Shown here: in pieces, positions 1 through 6,675 of the stretch | How the letters are laid out: each line of letters opens with the position of its first letter | Numbering within the stretch: position 1 is the stretch's first letter | IMG/VR virus record: IMGVR_UViG_3300029816_000030 | Reading direction: 5' to 3' (one strand) | DNA length: 10,818 nucleotides | Source of the DNA: a virus | Lineage: Duplodnaviria; Heunggongvirae; Uroviricota; Caudoviricetes | Translations under genes and position numbers: made by a program | Notes under the pieces: generated by a model | What the model saw: the letters and a program-made list of their open reading frames with translations, nothing else | What the model was told of the DNA's origin: nothing | Databases searched by the model: none

Positions 1-55
1 CTCTCCGGTTACCGGAACCGAGGGATTTTCCAGAGGCTCACTGCGAAACAGAGCA

Positions 56-196
56 TCAAGAAGCATGTTTTCTCCTCATGGACACCACCAGTGCATAAAG
101 CAGCAACAAACAGCCAGACAGCATCAGAGACGCTGGCAGACCTGCATACAGATAAACGCCAGCAGTGAGCAGACCGAAACCGATCAGCCCGGTCAT
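56..196 (-). CDS. small hydrophobic ORF (46 aa), possible membrane peptide just downstream of terL
   Basis: Hand translation of minus strand: ATG at 196-194, TGA at 58-56, MTGLIGFGLLTAGVYLYAGLPASLMLSGCLLLLYALVVSMRRKHAS. Below the ORF-track size cutoff; begins 17 nt after the terL stop; no clear Shine-Dalgarno. Confidence 0.25.
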   Translation of the reverse strand: MTGLIGFGLLTAGVYLYAGLPASLMLSGCLLLLYALVVSMRRKHAS

Positions 197-213
197 ATCA
201 GTAATAAGCTGTT

Positions 214-1971
214 TCACAGAATTAACAGGTCCTCATCAGGATCAAGCGTGGACAGAAAGTCATTCACGCCCCCGCCATTTACCAGAAAGCGGCTCATGGC
301 TGTAAAAAGCGCAACAGGGCCGTCGATTTTGGCTTCCGGCGTGGATTTATTCGGGAAGATGTTGTCGTTTTTGTCCGGTTTTACAGTAACGTTAGACATC
401 ATCCAGTTCATGACCGGATGATTGCTGTGATGGAAACGCCCGGCATAAACCAGTGATTCCGTTTCCTTCATGGCCTCTGACAGATTGCGGACCGTCTGCG
501 GAACCTCCACCAGCGGTATCCCTTCTTCAGCCAGTGCCAGACTGAACTGCATTGCGCTCCACGGGTCAAATCCCAGTTCCCTGAGGTTTTCACCGCCAAT
601 CCATTCCAGTAAGTCACTTTTTATCTGAGCATGATCGATAACATCACCATCCGTCAGGATGAGCTTATCCATCTCCGCCCACTTCCGGTAAAGTTCTGCC
701 TGCTGCCGCGAGCATCGTTCCAGCCGTCCTTCCGGAAGCCAGAATTTAAAATCAGCATGAACATGTCCGTTATCGGTTCGCCAGAGTTTTGCCGCCGCAC
801 AGATATCAATCTTATGAGCAAGGTCGACGCCGACCCACATGGGATATGTTTTCAGCTCATGTTGTGGAGCAATGTATTCGCACTTCTCCCACTTAATCAT
901 ATCCATCCAGGCAGATTCGGCAGTGACCCACACATTCATGTGTTTGGTAAAAAAATTCACCCGCGCAGAGACCTGCTCCTTCGCTTTTTTCGCCAGACGA
1001 CGCAGATCATCCCAGCGTTTACAGATGCCCAGGCCAGGATTCGCTTTCTGCCAGACCGTTTCATCAAACGGATCATCTCCCTCATCGAGCGTGTAAATGA
1101 TCGCAAAGTAAGAGTCGTCTTTTACAGCGCCCTCCACGTCGCTGTTATAGCCTCGCAATACCTTGATGGCGTAATCACGCTGCTCGTAACAAATCCCTTC
1201 CTTGTTAAAGCCAGCCGTGGTGATACCAAATAACAGGGACTGCAGACGGGCACCGGTTGCCGTTTCCAGAACGTCCCACACGTCGCGGGTTTTATGTGCA
1301 TGCAGCTCATCAATAATGGCGCAGTGGATGTTCAGACCGTCCAGGTTGTTTGCATCCGAGGAAAGCGGTTCAAATTTTGATGCGCTCTGCTCCTGGTAAA
1401 TCGCCAGCTTGTTGAAATCAAACAACCGCCCGAGTGTCGACCGGGCTTTTCTGACCATATTTTTGGCGTCTTCAAACACGATTCTGGCCTGGTCACGCGT
1501 GGTTGCGGCTGAATACACCTCAGCTCCGCCTTCACTATCTGCCCCCGTCATATACAGGCCGATACCCGATGACAGGGTTGATTTTGCGTTTTTACGGGCG
1601 ACTTCGTTGTACGCCGTCCGGAACCGGCGCACCATCACCGGACGTCCGCTGCCATCGCTGCGCATGACAACTTCCCCGGTTTCTTCATTGACCAGCGGAA
1701 TGACAAAACCAAAAATATTAATGAGGATAAATACATGCCAGTCCATCAACTCAATGGGCTGGCCTGCCAGTGCCCCTTTTACATGAGGCACAAATTTGTA
1801 GAAATTCAGGATGTGCTGCGCACGGGGTTCACTGAAATAAATCCCCCGCTTTTCGCCGTACTTCAGATCATCAAGAAAACGCTGGCAGGCCAGGCGGACA
1901 AATTCGCCAGCAACAATTTCTCCTGCAACAACACGTTCGGCGTAGCGGATCCCGTCAGCCACTTTTGCCAT
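214..1971 (-). CDS. phage terminase large subunit (HK97-like, ATPase plus nuclease)
   Basis: 585-aa ORF with ATG start and a GAGAG Shine-Dalgarno; deviant Walker A-like ARKNAKST followed by GAEVY, as in HK97-family TerL; start ATG overlaps the upstream terS stop (ATGA); sits downstream of HNH and TerS. Confidence 0.9.
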   Translation of the reverse strand: MAKVADGIRYAERVVAGEIVAGEFVRLACQRFLDDLKYGEKRGIYFSEPRAQHILNFYKFVPHVKGALAGQPIELMDWHVFILINIFGFVIPLVNEETGEVVMRSDGSGRPVMVRRFRTAYNEVARKNAKSTLSSGIGLYMTGADSEGGAEVYSAATTRDQARIVFEDAKNMVRKARSTLGRLFDFNKLAIYQEQSASKFEPLSSDANNLDGLNIHCAIIDELHAHKTRDVWDVLETATGARLQSLLFGITTAGFNKEGICYEQRDYAIKVLRGYNSDVEGAVKDDSYFAIIYTLDEGDDPFDETVWQKANPGLGICKRWDDLRRLAKKAKEQVSARVNFFTKHMNVWVTAESAWMDMIKWEKCEYIAPQHELKTYPMWVGVDLAHKIDICAAAKLWRTDNGHVHADFKFWLPEGRLERCSRQQAELYRKWAEMDKLILTDGDVIDHAQIKSDLLEWIGGENLRELGFDPWSAMQFSLALAEEGIPLVEVPQTVRNLSEAMKETESLVYAGRFHHSNHPVMNWMMSNVTVKPDKNDNIFPNKSTPEAKIDGPVALFTAMSRFLVNGGGVNDFLSTLDPDEDLLIL

Positions 1972-2453
1972 CAGTCTCTCGCTTTTAAAAGCTCTGCCAG
2001 CGGATCAACATTATCCGGTCCGGCGGTATTTACTTTTGCCCGGCTTGCCGGTGACATACCAAATTCTGCAAGCATCGCCCGGATCCGCTTCCAGGCATCC
2101 GCTTTCATCGCAGCAGCCGGGTGTGCCTTAATCAGCACATCACCGTTCTGCGTTTCCGAGCGGTAGGTGTACCCCTCAACATCGAGTGTTTCGCAGTGAT
2201 GCCGGTATTCGGTATAGGCTTCCACCAGTAGCTCAAGCGCACGCGCATCAAGCTGAGAAATGATCCCTTCCGCATTCAGCTCTTCCGCCATTCGCCTGAA
2301 CCAGTACTTCCCCTGCGCCCCTAAATGTTGCGGAATTTTAGGGAGACCTTTTTCATCCTTTTTAGCGGTTTTTTTGAGGTCTTTAACTGGCCGCTTTGAG
2401 GGGTTGCCTCGTATCAAATGCAGGCGTGGCGGGGTTTTCGGGGGTCCAGACAT
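1971..2453 (-). CDS. phage terminase small subunit (P27-family-like)
   Basis: 160-aa ORF with ATG start, basic N-terminus (PKTPPRLHLIRGNPSKRP), translationally coupled to terL through an ATGA overlap; position between HNH and TerL. Confidence 0.75.
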   Translation of the reverse strand: MSGPPKTPPRLHLIRGNPSKRPVKDLKKTAKKDEKGLPKIPQHLGAQGKYWFRRMAEELNAEGIISQLDARALELLVEAYTEYRHHCETLDVEGYTYRSETQNGDVLIKAHPAAAMKADAWKRIRAMLAEFGMSPASRAKVNTAGPDNVDPLAELLKARD

Positions 2454-2600
2454 AATCGGTTTTACCTATCAATCATTTAATCACATTCCAAAAAAAAGTT
2501 TTCGAACCTGCGGCGATGCGAGGAAAGGTCAGGCGGCGGTACTGAGCAGCCAGGGTTGCAGAGATTTGACCCGCCCCTCCCCTACAGATGGGAACTGTTA

Positions 2601-2951
2601 TCAATTGATGCGTTCGCGCGCTGTTTTTGCTTTATGACAGGGCCAGCACAGACTCTGCAGGTTACTGTCTGCATCCGTGCCACCATGAGCTTTCGGAATG
2701 ATGTGGTCCACAGTTCTGGCTTCAACGGCTCTCCCATTGCGCAGGCAGTTCTGACACAGATGATTATCACGCTTCAGTATGCGCGCACGTATGGCATCCC
2801 ATTTCGAGCCATAGCCACGCTGGTGGCGGCTCAGTCCGCGTTGATGCTGTACCCATCCTTCGCCACGATGTTTATCGCAGTAACCAGAACTGTCTGTGGT
2901 TGTACCTGCACATCCACGCTTACGGCAGGCGCGTGGGATTCGTGATGGCAT
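2601..2951 (-). CDS. HNH homing-type endonuclease (terminase-associated, HK97 gp74-like)
   Basis: 116-aa ORF, ATG start with GGGGGTGAG Shine-Dalgarno; HNH motif CQNCLRNG...VDHIIPKAHGG...NLQSLCWPCH (CxxC, DH, N, CxxCH); located just upstream of terS/terL. Confidence 0.85.
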   Translation of the reverse strand: MPSRIPRACRKRGCAGTTTDSSGYCDKHRGEGWVQHQRGLSRHQRGYGSKWDAIRARILKRDNHLCQNCLRNGRAVEARTVDHIIPKAHGGTDADSNLQSLCWPCHKAKTARERIN

Positions 2952-2958
2952 AAATATC

Positions 2959-3159
2959 TCACCCCCTGTTCAGTTGAATGACGGGCTGATTCTCGATATG
3001 TTCTGCTGTCAGTCTGAAAGTCACAGTGACTGTTGGTGGCTCGCCTCCGCGTGACTCTGTCCTGGCGGAAAGCTGCCCTTCCAGTAACTCACCATCAACT
3101 GCAATCCCATACCCTGCGAAATGTTTACCACGATACAGTTTAGCGACCTGAAACTTCAT
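2959..3159 (-). CDS. hypothetical phage protein (66 aa)
   Basis: ATG start preceded by AGGAAG Shine-Dalgarno at good spacing; stop is 7 nt before the HNH start, so packed into the late operon; no family recognised. Confidence 0.5.
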   Translation of the reverse strand: MKFQVAKLYRGKHFAGYGIAVDGELLEGQLSARTESRGGEPPTVTVTFRLTAEHIENQPVIQLNRG

Positions 3160-3403
3160 AACTCTTCCTTTTAGACATGTTAGACGTGAACCTGTCGCAC
3201 GGCAGAGTCGCCGAAAGTTTACGGTTTACCCAAGCTCACAGCTGAAAGCCTTTCTTAGATGTGCACATGCGATATGCTTTGAATGAATTATTAAAAACTT
3301 TACTCTTTTTCAAAATTTCGTATCCTGGCTCGTTAATGTTAAAGAATTAAACGTAAGAAAGTAGTATGTTGAATCGCTTATATCAAAATACATAGGACTC
3401 AAA

Positions 3404-3889
3404 ATGCCAGAACTCGTTGATCCAACAGACTCATTAATTAGTTTTCAATACGCCTTTTCTAATGGTCTGATTAAGCCTTCACCATGCATAGTTCACCCAA
3501 ATATGAAGGTGCTTTTGGATGATGCAGAGGGTACACCACGGTTTACTTATGCATTCTTTGAAGGAGAAAATGTTAAAGGTGTTGCTATATATGTCCCTGC
3601 AGAGTTTGTTGAAGGTAAACCATGCTTTGGCGTTGGCTATGCAGTAGCCGATGAATATAAAGCGCAAGGCATCGGTACTCAACTTCTCATCGCCAGCATT
3701 GAAGAAATGCAATACGGATTTAGAAATTCCTTCAATGAATTCTATGTAGAGGCTATTGTCGGGGTTGGTAATCAAGCCTCCAACAAATTAGCTGCAAAAG
3801 TTTTATCTGATACTCCTGAGCCAGGGACAGATTCTTACTCAGGAAAACCTATCAATCAGTACATGAAACTTTTCAAAACCACAAAATAA
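3404..3889 (+). CDS. GNAT-fold N-acetyltransferase-like protein (moron, plus strand)
   Basis: 161-aa ORF, ATG start with AGGA Shine-Dalgarno 6 nt upstream; GNAT motif-A-like GVGYAVADEYKAQGIGTQLL and motif-B-like NQASNKLAAKV; AT-rich relative to flanks; opposite strand to all neighbours; followed by a hairpin terminator. Confidence 0.5.
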   Translation: MPELVDPTDSLISFQYAFSNGLIKPSPCIVHPNMKVLLDDAEGTPRFTYAFFEGENVKGVAIYVPAEFVEGKPCFGVGYAVADEYKAQGIGTQLLIASIEEMQYGFRNSFNEFYVEAIVGVGNQASNKLAAKVLSDTPEPGTDSYSGKPINQYMKLFKTTK

Positions 3890-3899
3890 CTACCATTCT

Positions 3900-3921
3900 G
3901 GCGCAGATTTTTGCGCCTTTT
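3900..3921 (+). terminator. rho-independent terminator of the GNAT moron
   Basis: GGCGCA-gatttt-TGCGCC hairpin (6-bp stem) followed by TTTT, starting 11 nt after the moron stop codon; no T-run on the other strand, so it is unidirectional. Confidence 0.5.
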
Positions 3922-4067
3922 CAGGTTTGCAGTTCACCTGCCACGCTTTGTTATGCACCTGAATGTCCCGCTTCGTCTGTTGCATTATCATAAGTAATAG
4001 CGTAGGTTGACACCTTGGCTCTCTTTCGCCACCGGCGAATCTTTAGCGGATTATCCTTGGCCGTTTT

Positions 4068-4535
4068 TTATCTGAGACATTGCTCACGAATGTATAGCTG
4101 TGCCCCTTCCAGTTGCTTCTGCATCGTCATCAACCGTTCTCTGAGGGTGAAATAATCCCGTTCAGCGGTGTCTGCCAGTCGGGGGCTGGTTGCATTATCC
4201 ACGCTGGTGGGTCCGGTGGCTTCACGCACGGCTGCGGAGCAACTGGCATTGACCCGCAGGCGCTTACGACCAGCGGCAACATCAGCGCGCAGAGTTTCAT
4301 TTTCAGCTTTCGCATTGGCTAATTCTCTCGAGTACTTTGCATCGAGCGCAGCAACATCACGCTGACGCTGTTGCATGTCAGCGATGGTGGCAGTCGCCTG
4401 CTTCAGCTCACTGACTTTTTTATCACGCTGTTCTTTGTAGGCGATGGCGTTATCACGGTAATGATTGACCGCCCACGACAGGCAGACGATGGTGCAGATA
4501 ACCAGAGTATAAATAATCGCTGCGACTCTGCTCAC
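4068..4535 (-). CDS. Rz: spanin inner-membrane subunit Rz (i-spanin)
   Basis: Strong similarity to lambda Rz ([31 protein letters not shown]..., C-terminal [13 protein letters not shown]). Probable GTG start at 4535-4533 overlapping the endolysin TGA stop (GTGA); the ORF-track start at 4550 is TTG and adds MGDRS. Confidence 0.85.
   Translation of the reverse strand: MSRVAAIIYTLVICTIVCLSWAVNHYRDNAIAYKEQRDKKVSELKQATATIADMQQRQRDVAALDAKYSRELANAKAENETLRADVAAGRKRLRVNASCSAAVREATGPTSVDNATSPRLADTAERDYFTLRERLMTMQKQLEGAQLYIREQCLR
4130..4315 (-). CDS. Rz1: spanin outer-membrane lipoprotein Rz1 (o-spanin), embedded in Rz in the +1 frame
   Basis: 61-aa ORF, ATG start, lipobox LVVSAC and proline-rich [30 protein letters not shown], near-identical in pattern to lambda Rz1; fully nested within Rz. 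Confidence 0.8.
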   Translation of the reverse strand: MRKLKMKLCALMLPLVVSACGSMPVAPQPCVKPPDPPAWIMQPAPDWQTPLNGIISPSENG

Positions 4536-5065
4536 TGATCTATCCCCCAACAGGCTAATGCGCTTTCCTGGTCACGACGAATAACCTGTCCATAGCAGTT
4601 ATTTGAACGTATGCGGCAATCGCGCCCACCATCTTTTATCCACCAGCGAATCGCCTCGCATGCGCCCTTACGATCACCGGCATTCAACCGCTTATAAAAC
4701 GTCGACGGGAAACACTTACCGGGGCCAATGTTATAGGGACAGAATGACGCTATACCCGCTTTCTGTGGTTCGGTCAGTGGTACTTTAATATTGCGCTCCA
4801 CCCATGCCAGCGCCTTATCACGTTCAATAGCGTTAACCTGGTCGCATTTTTCCTTCGACAGCTTCATTCCCGGTATGACGGGCTTACCATCCACCATTGT
4901 GGCACCACGACAGATGGTCCATATACCGGAACCATCGCGGTATGCCGTAGTGTGGTTACCCTCTTTTTCATCCAGAAACTGGTCAAGTATTTGAGGAGCA
5001 GACGCGCCTGCAGCAATCAGCGCCAGAACAGCAGCTGACAGGCCGTATTTGATTTTTGCGCTCAT
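4532..5065 (-). CDS. R: phage endolysin (T4-type lysozyme) with N-terminal SAR or signal sequence
   Basis: 177 aa, ATG start; catalytic triad spacing E-x8-D-x5-T in [16 protein letters not shown]; N-terminus [22 protein letters not shown] is Gly/Ala-rich with a possible AxA cleavage site. Confidence 0.9.
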   Translation of the reverse strand: MSAKIKYGLSAAVLALIAAGASAPQILDQFLDEKEGNHTTAYRDGSGIWTICRGATMVDGKPVIPGMKLSKEKCDQVNAIERDKALAWVERNIKVPLTEPQKAGIASFCPYNIGPGKCFPSTFYKRLNAGDRKGACEAIRWWIKDGGRDCRIRSNNCYGQVIRRDQESALACWGIDQ

Positions 5066-5120
5066 GGATATTTATCAGGATGCTACCAATGAAAGATACT
5101 GGAAAGCCAACTGCAAAAAG

Positions 5121-5435
5121 CTAACAACCTGTAATCGAGTTATCAGAACTGTTAATTTTTATGGTATACCGCGCCTCTGAACAGGGGCGCGTTTCTGGCA
5201 ACAGCTCGTCCCCTTCACATAACCCGGCAGCAACATCCAGGAAGACCTGTCTGATGCTCCTTCTGGCTGCTGCCTCATAAAACTCCAGCGCGGCACCTTC
5301 AACACGGTCCAGCGAGATGTCCAAGCCAAAAATTTCACCGTCAAAGCGTTTTTTGTCCCGTAACGCTAAAGTTACCGTAACTTTATTCTCAAAATTGCGG
5401 ATCCCTTTCACAATCAGTTCATAGTTTTGAGTCAT
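5121..5435 (-). CDS. YdfR-like (DUF1327-like) small protein between holin and endolysin
   Basis: 104-aa ORF, ATG with GGGGAGAG Shine-Dalgarno, starting 4 nt after the holin stop; same position as ydfR in the Qin lysis cassette as I recall it. Function unknown. Confidence 0.55.
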   Translation of the reverse strand: MTQNYELIVKGIRNFENKVTVTLALRDKKRFDGEIFGLDISLDRVEGAALEFYEAAARRSIRQVFLDVAAGLCEGDELLPETRPCSEARYTIKINSSDNSITGC

Positions 5436-5439
5436 TGAA

Positions 5440-5655
5440 TTACTCTCCCCGTGCAGCCTTACGCTTGTCTTCTCTGATTTTGAAGTACAGATTTGTCAGA
5501 TAAGTCAGGAAGCCCAGAACCAGACTCCCCAGTACACCAATCGCAGCCCACTGTGACGGACTGACCTGATCAAGCCACTGTAAAAACCAGTAGCCAGCAC
5601 TGCCTGCGGAGGTGCCGTAGGCAATGCCCGTTGAAATTTTGTCCATGGATTTCAT
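5440..5655 (-). CDS. S: class II holin/pinholin of phage 21 S type with dual-start motif
   Basis: 71 aa, [63 protein letters not shown]...; Met1-Lys2-Ser3-Met4 dual start as in the S21 antiholin/holin pair; strong GGAGGTGA Shine-Dalgarno. Confidence 0.9.
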   Translation of the reverse strand: MKSMDKISTGIAYGTSAGSAGYWFLQWLDQVSPSQWAAIGVLGSLVLGFLTYLTNLYFKIREDKRKAARGE

Positions 5656-5815
5656 AGCCTCACCTCCGCAAATAACGGATGGCGTAGTTTTACACTGAGA
5701 AATGAAAGGGATTTGAAAAGAAAAAACCGCAAAAGCGGGCGAAACGATATATACAGAAAGGAAAGCACTCTATCCAACAAACCACCCACAGTTAATCGGA
5801 ATAAAAGCAGAGTGC

Positions 5816-5888
5816 TTATGAATGATCGCCTGCCCGAAGGTTAGTATTTCTGCACAGCAATTTTGCAAAAAAAGGCGATCATTCATAA
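5816..5888. repeat. 15-bp perfect inverted repeat (TTATGAATGATCGCC / GGCGATCATTCATAA) with 43-nt spacer
   Basis: Arms at 5816-5830 and 5874-5888 are exact reverse complements; lies in the non-coding interval between the tRNA cluster and the holin gene. Confidence 0.6.
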
Positions 5889-5895
5889 CTTAAAC

Positions 5896-5942
5896 GTCTT
5901 TCAGTCACTCCGGGATTTCCCCATCATCGCAGACTGAAAGAC
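5896..5942 (-). terminator. stem-loop (11-bp inverted repeat) immediately 3' of tRNA-Gly; putative terminator or processing hairpin
   Basis: GTCTTTCAGTC (5896-5906) and GACTGAAAGAC (5932-5942) are exact reverse complements with a 25-nt loop; on the minus strand it starts 6 nt after the tRNA CCA end and is followed by GTTTAAGTTAT. Confidence 0.35.
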
Positions 5943-5948
5943 TCTAAC

Positions 5949-6023
<75 letters not shown>

Positions 6024-6139
6024 ATCCTGGAACTCGGCTACCTGATTTTCATTCTGCACTGAATATCGAGAGAAGCTCTCTTTATTCGAGCCGGTAAGCG
6101 AACTTATCGTCTCGGGCTACGCCATCGCGTGGCCGAAAT

Positions 6140-6224
<85 letters not shown>

Positions 6225-6232
6225 GGACTTGA

Positions 6233-6308
<76 letters not shown>

Positions 6309-6310
6309 AC

Positions 6311-6387
6311 TGGACCGCCACCGGGGACTCGAACCTCGCACACTCAACTTAAAGGGTTGACGCTCTTTCCTGATGAGCTAGTGGCGG
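6311..6387 (-). tRNA. atypical tRNA or tRNA-like gene (anticodon loop CCUUUAA, predicted anticodon UUU/Lys, with C33 and C1-G72)
   Basis: 77 nt, CCGCCACTAGCTCATCAGGAAAGAGCGTCAACCCTTTAAGTTGAGTGTGCGAGGTTCGAGTCCCCGGTGGCGGTCCA; perfect 7-bp acceptor stem, D stem GCTC/GAGC, anticodon stem TCAAC/GTTGA, T loop TTCGAGT, one A-C mismatch in the T stem, encoded CCA. Position 33 is C rather than the near-invariant U. Confidence 0.5.
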
Positions 6388-6388
6388 C

Positions 6389-6464
6389 TGGTGGCCCTTG
6401 CTGGATTTGAACCAGCGACCTGGCGATTATGAGTCGCTCGCTCTCACCACTGAGCTAAAGGGCC
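6389..6464 (-). tRNA. tRNA with CAU anticodon, ileX/ileZ-like (probable tRNA-Ile2 reading AUA after lysidine modification; elongator Met not excluded)
   Basis: 76 nt, GGCCCTTTAGCTCAGTGGTGAGAGCGAGCGACTCATAATCGCCAGGTCGCTGGTTCAAATCCAGCAAGGGCCACCA; anticodon arm core GCGACUCAUAAUCGC and acceptor C4-G69/C5-G68 match E. coli ileX as I recall it. Confidence 0.85.
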
Positions 6465-6473
6465 GGGCGCAGG

Positions 6474-6502
6474 ATAATAACGTTACGAAATCAATGTTGC
6501 AA
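6474..6502 (-). promoter_or_regulatory. sigma70-type promoter driving the tRNA cluster
   Basis: Minus strand reads TTGCAA (-35, 6502-6497), 17-bp spacer, TATTAT (-10, 6479-6474), then GC-rich discriminator CCTGCGCCC directly abutting the first tRNA 5' end at 6464. Confidence 0.5.
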
Positions 6503-6565
6503 GCATTCAAAAATCACCCTTATCTCCTCCACCAGCGCATTCACCATGTCTATCCGAGATAAGTG

Positions 6566-6593
6566 GCACAAAAAACCCGCTTGTGGGCGGGTT
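6566..6593 (-). terminator. rho-independent terminator (tR'-like) downstream of the late promoter; hairpin with A-run and T-run flanks, possibly bidirectional
   Basis: AACCCGC-ttgtgg-GCGGGTT hairpin at 6574-6593; on the minus strand it is followed by TTTTTTGTG and on the plus strand by TTTGTTTGCTTTT. Confidence 0.6.
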
Positions 6594-6646
6594 TTGTTTG
6601 CTTTTGCCATCACGTACAAAATCGGCAAAATATCAGATTTGCATGA

Positions 6647-6675
6647 AATATATGCCTTTCAATCTACTTTTGCAA
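6647..6675 (-). promoter_or_regulatory. late promoter pR'-like, with a downstream -10-like pause element (putative Q-loading region)
   Basis: Minus strand: -35 TTGCAA (6675-6670, inside the 3' end of the Q-like gene), 17-bp spacer, -10 TATATT (6652-6647); then TGATATTTT (6635-6627), an extended -10-like element in the initial transcribed region; terminator about 50-70 nt downstream. Confidence 0.45.

Noticed and set aside
65-421. 118-aa plus-strand ORF at the left edge
   Set aside because: Overlaps the C-terminal coding region of terL and the small minus-strand ORF on the opposite strand; Gln/Arg/Ser-rich low-complexity translation typical of an antisense shadow; no ribosome-binding site.
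631-2166. Plus-strand ORFs 631-1233, 839-1096, 1202-1399, 1409-1786 and 1735-2166
   Set aside because: All lie antisense within terL/terS, which have strong family signatures; they are shadow ORFs.
2556-2945. 129-aa plus-strand ORF antisense to the HNH gene
   Set aside because: Completely overlapped by the HNH endonuclease ORF, which has a clear motif and Shine-Dalgarno; Cys/Thr-rich shadow translation.
3160-3889. GNAT gene as the toxin of a two-gene GNAT/RHH toxin-antitoxin pair
   Set aside because: No small antitoxin-like ORF precedes or follows it on the plus strand; the upstream 244 bp is AT-rich non-coding. A stand-alone GNAT is therefore reported.
4113-4365. Plus-strand ORFs 4113-4322 and 4168-4365 inside Rz
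   Set aside because: They are antisense to Rz/Rz1; only the minus-strand embedded Rz1 has the lipobox and proline-rich signature of a real nested gene.
5656-5948. Possible toxin or virulence cargo (stx-like) between the tRNAs and the holin
   Set aside because: The interval is only about 290 bp and contains no ORF of meaningful length on either strand, only inverted repeats and hairpins.
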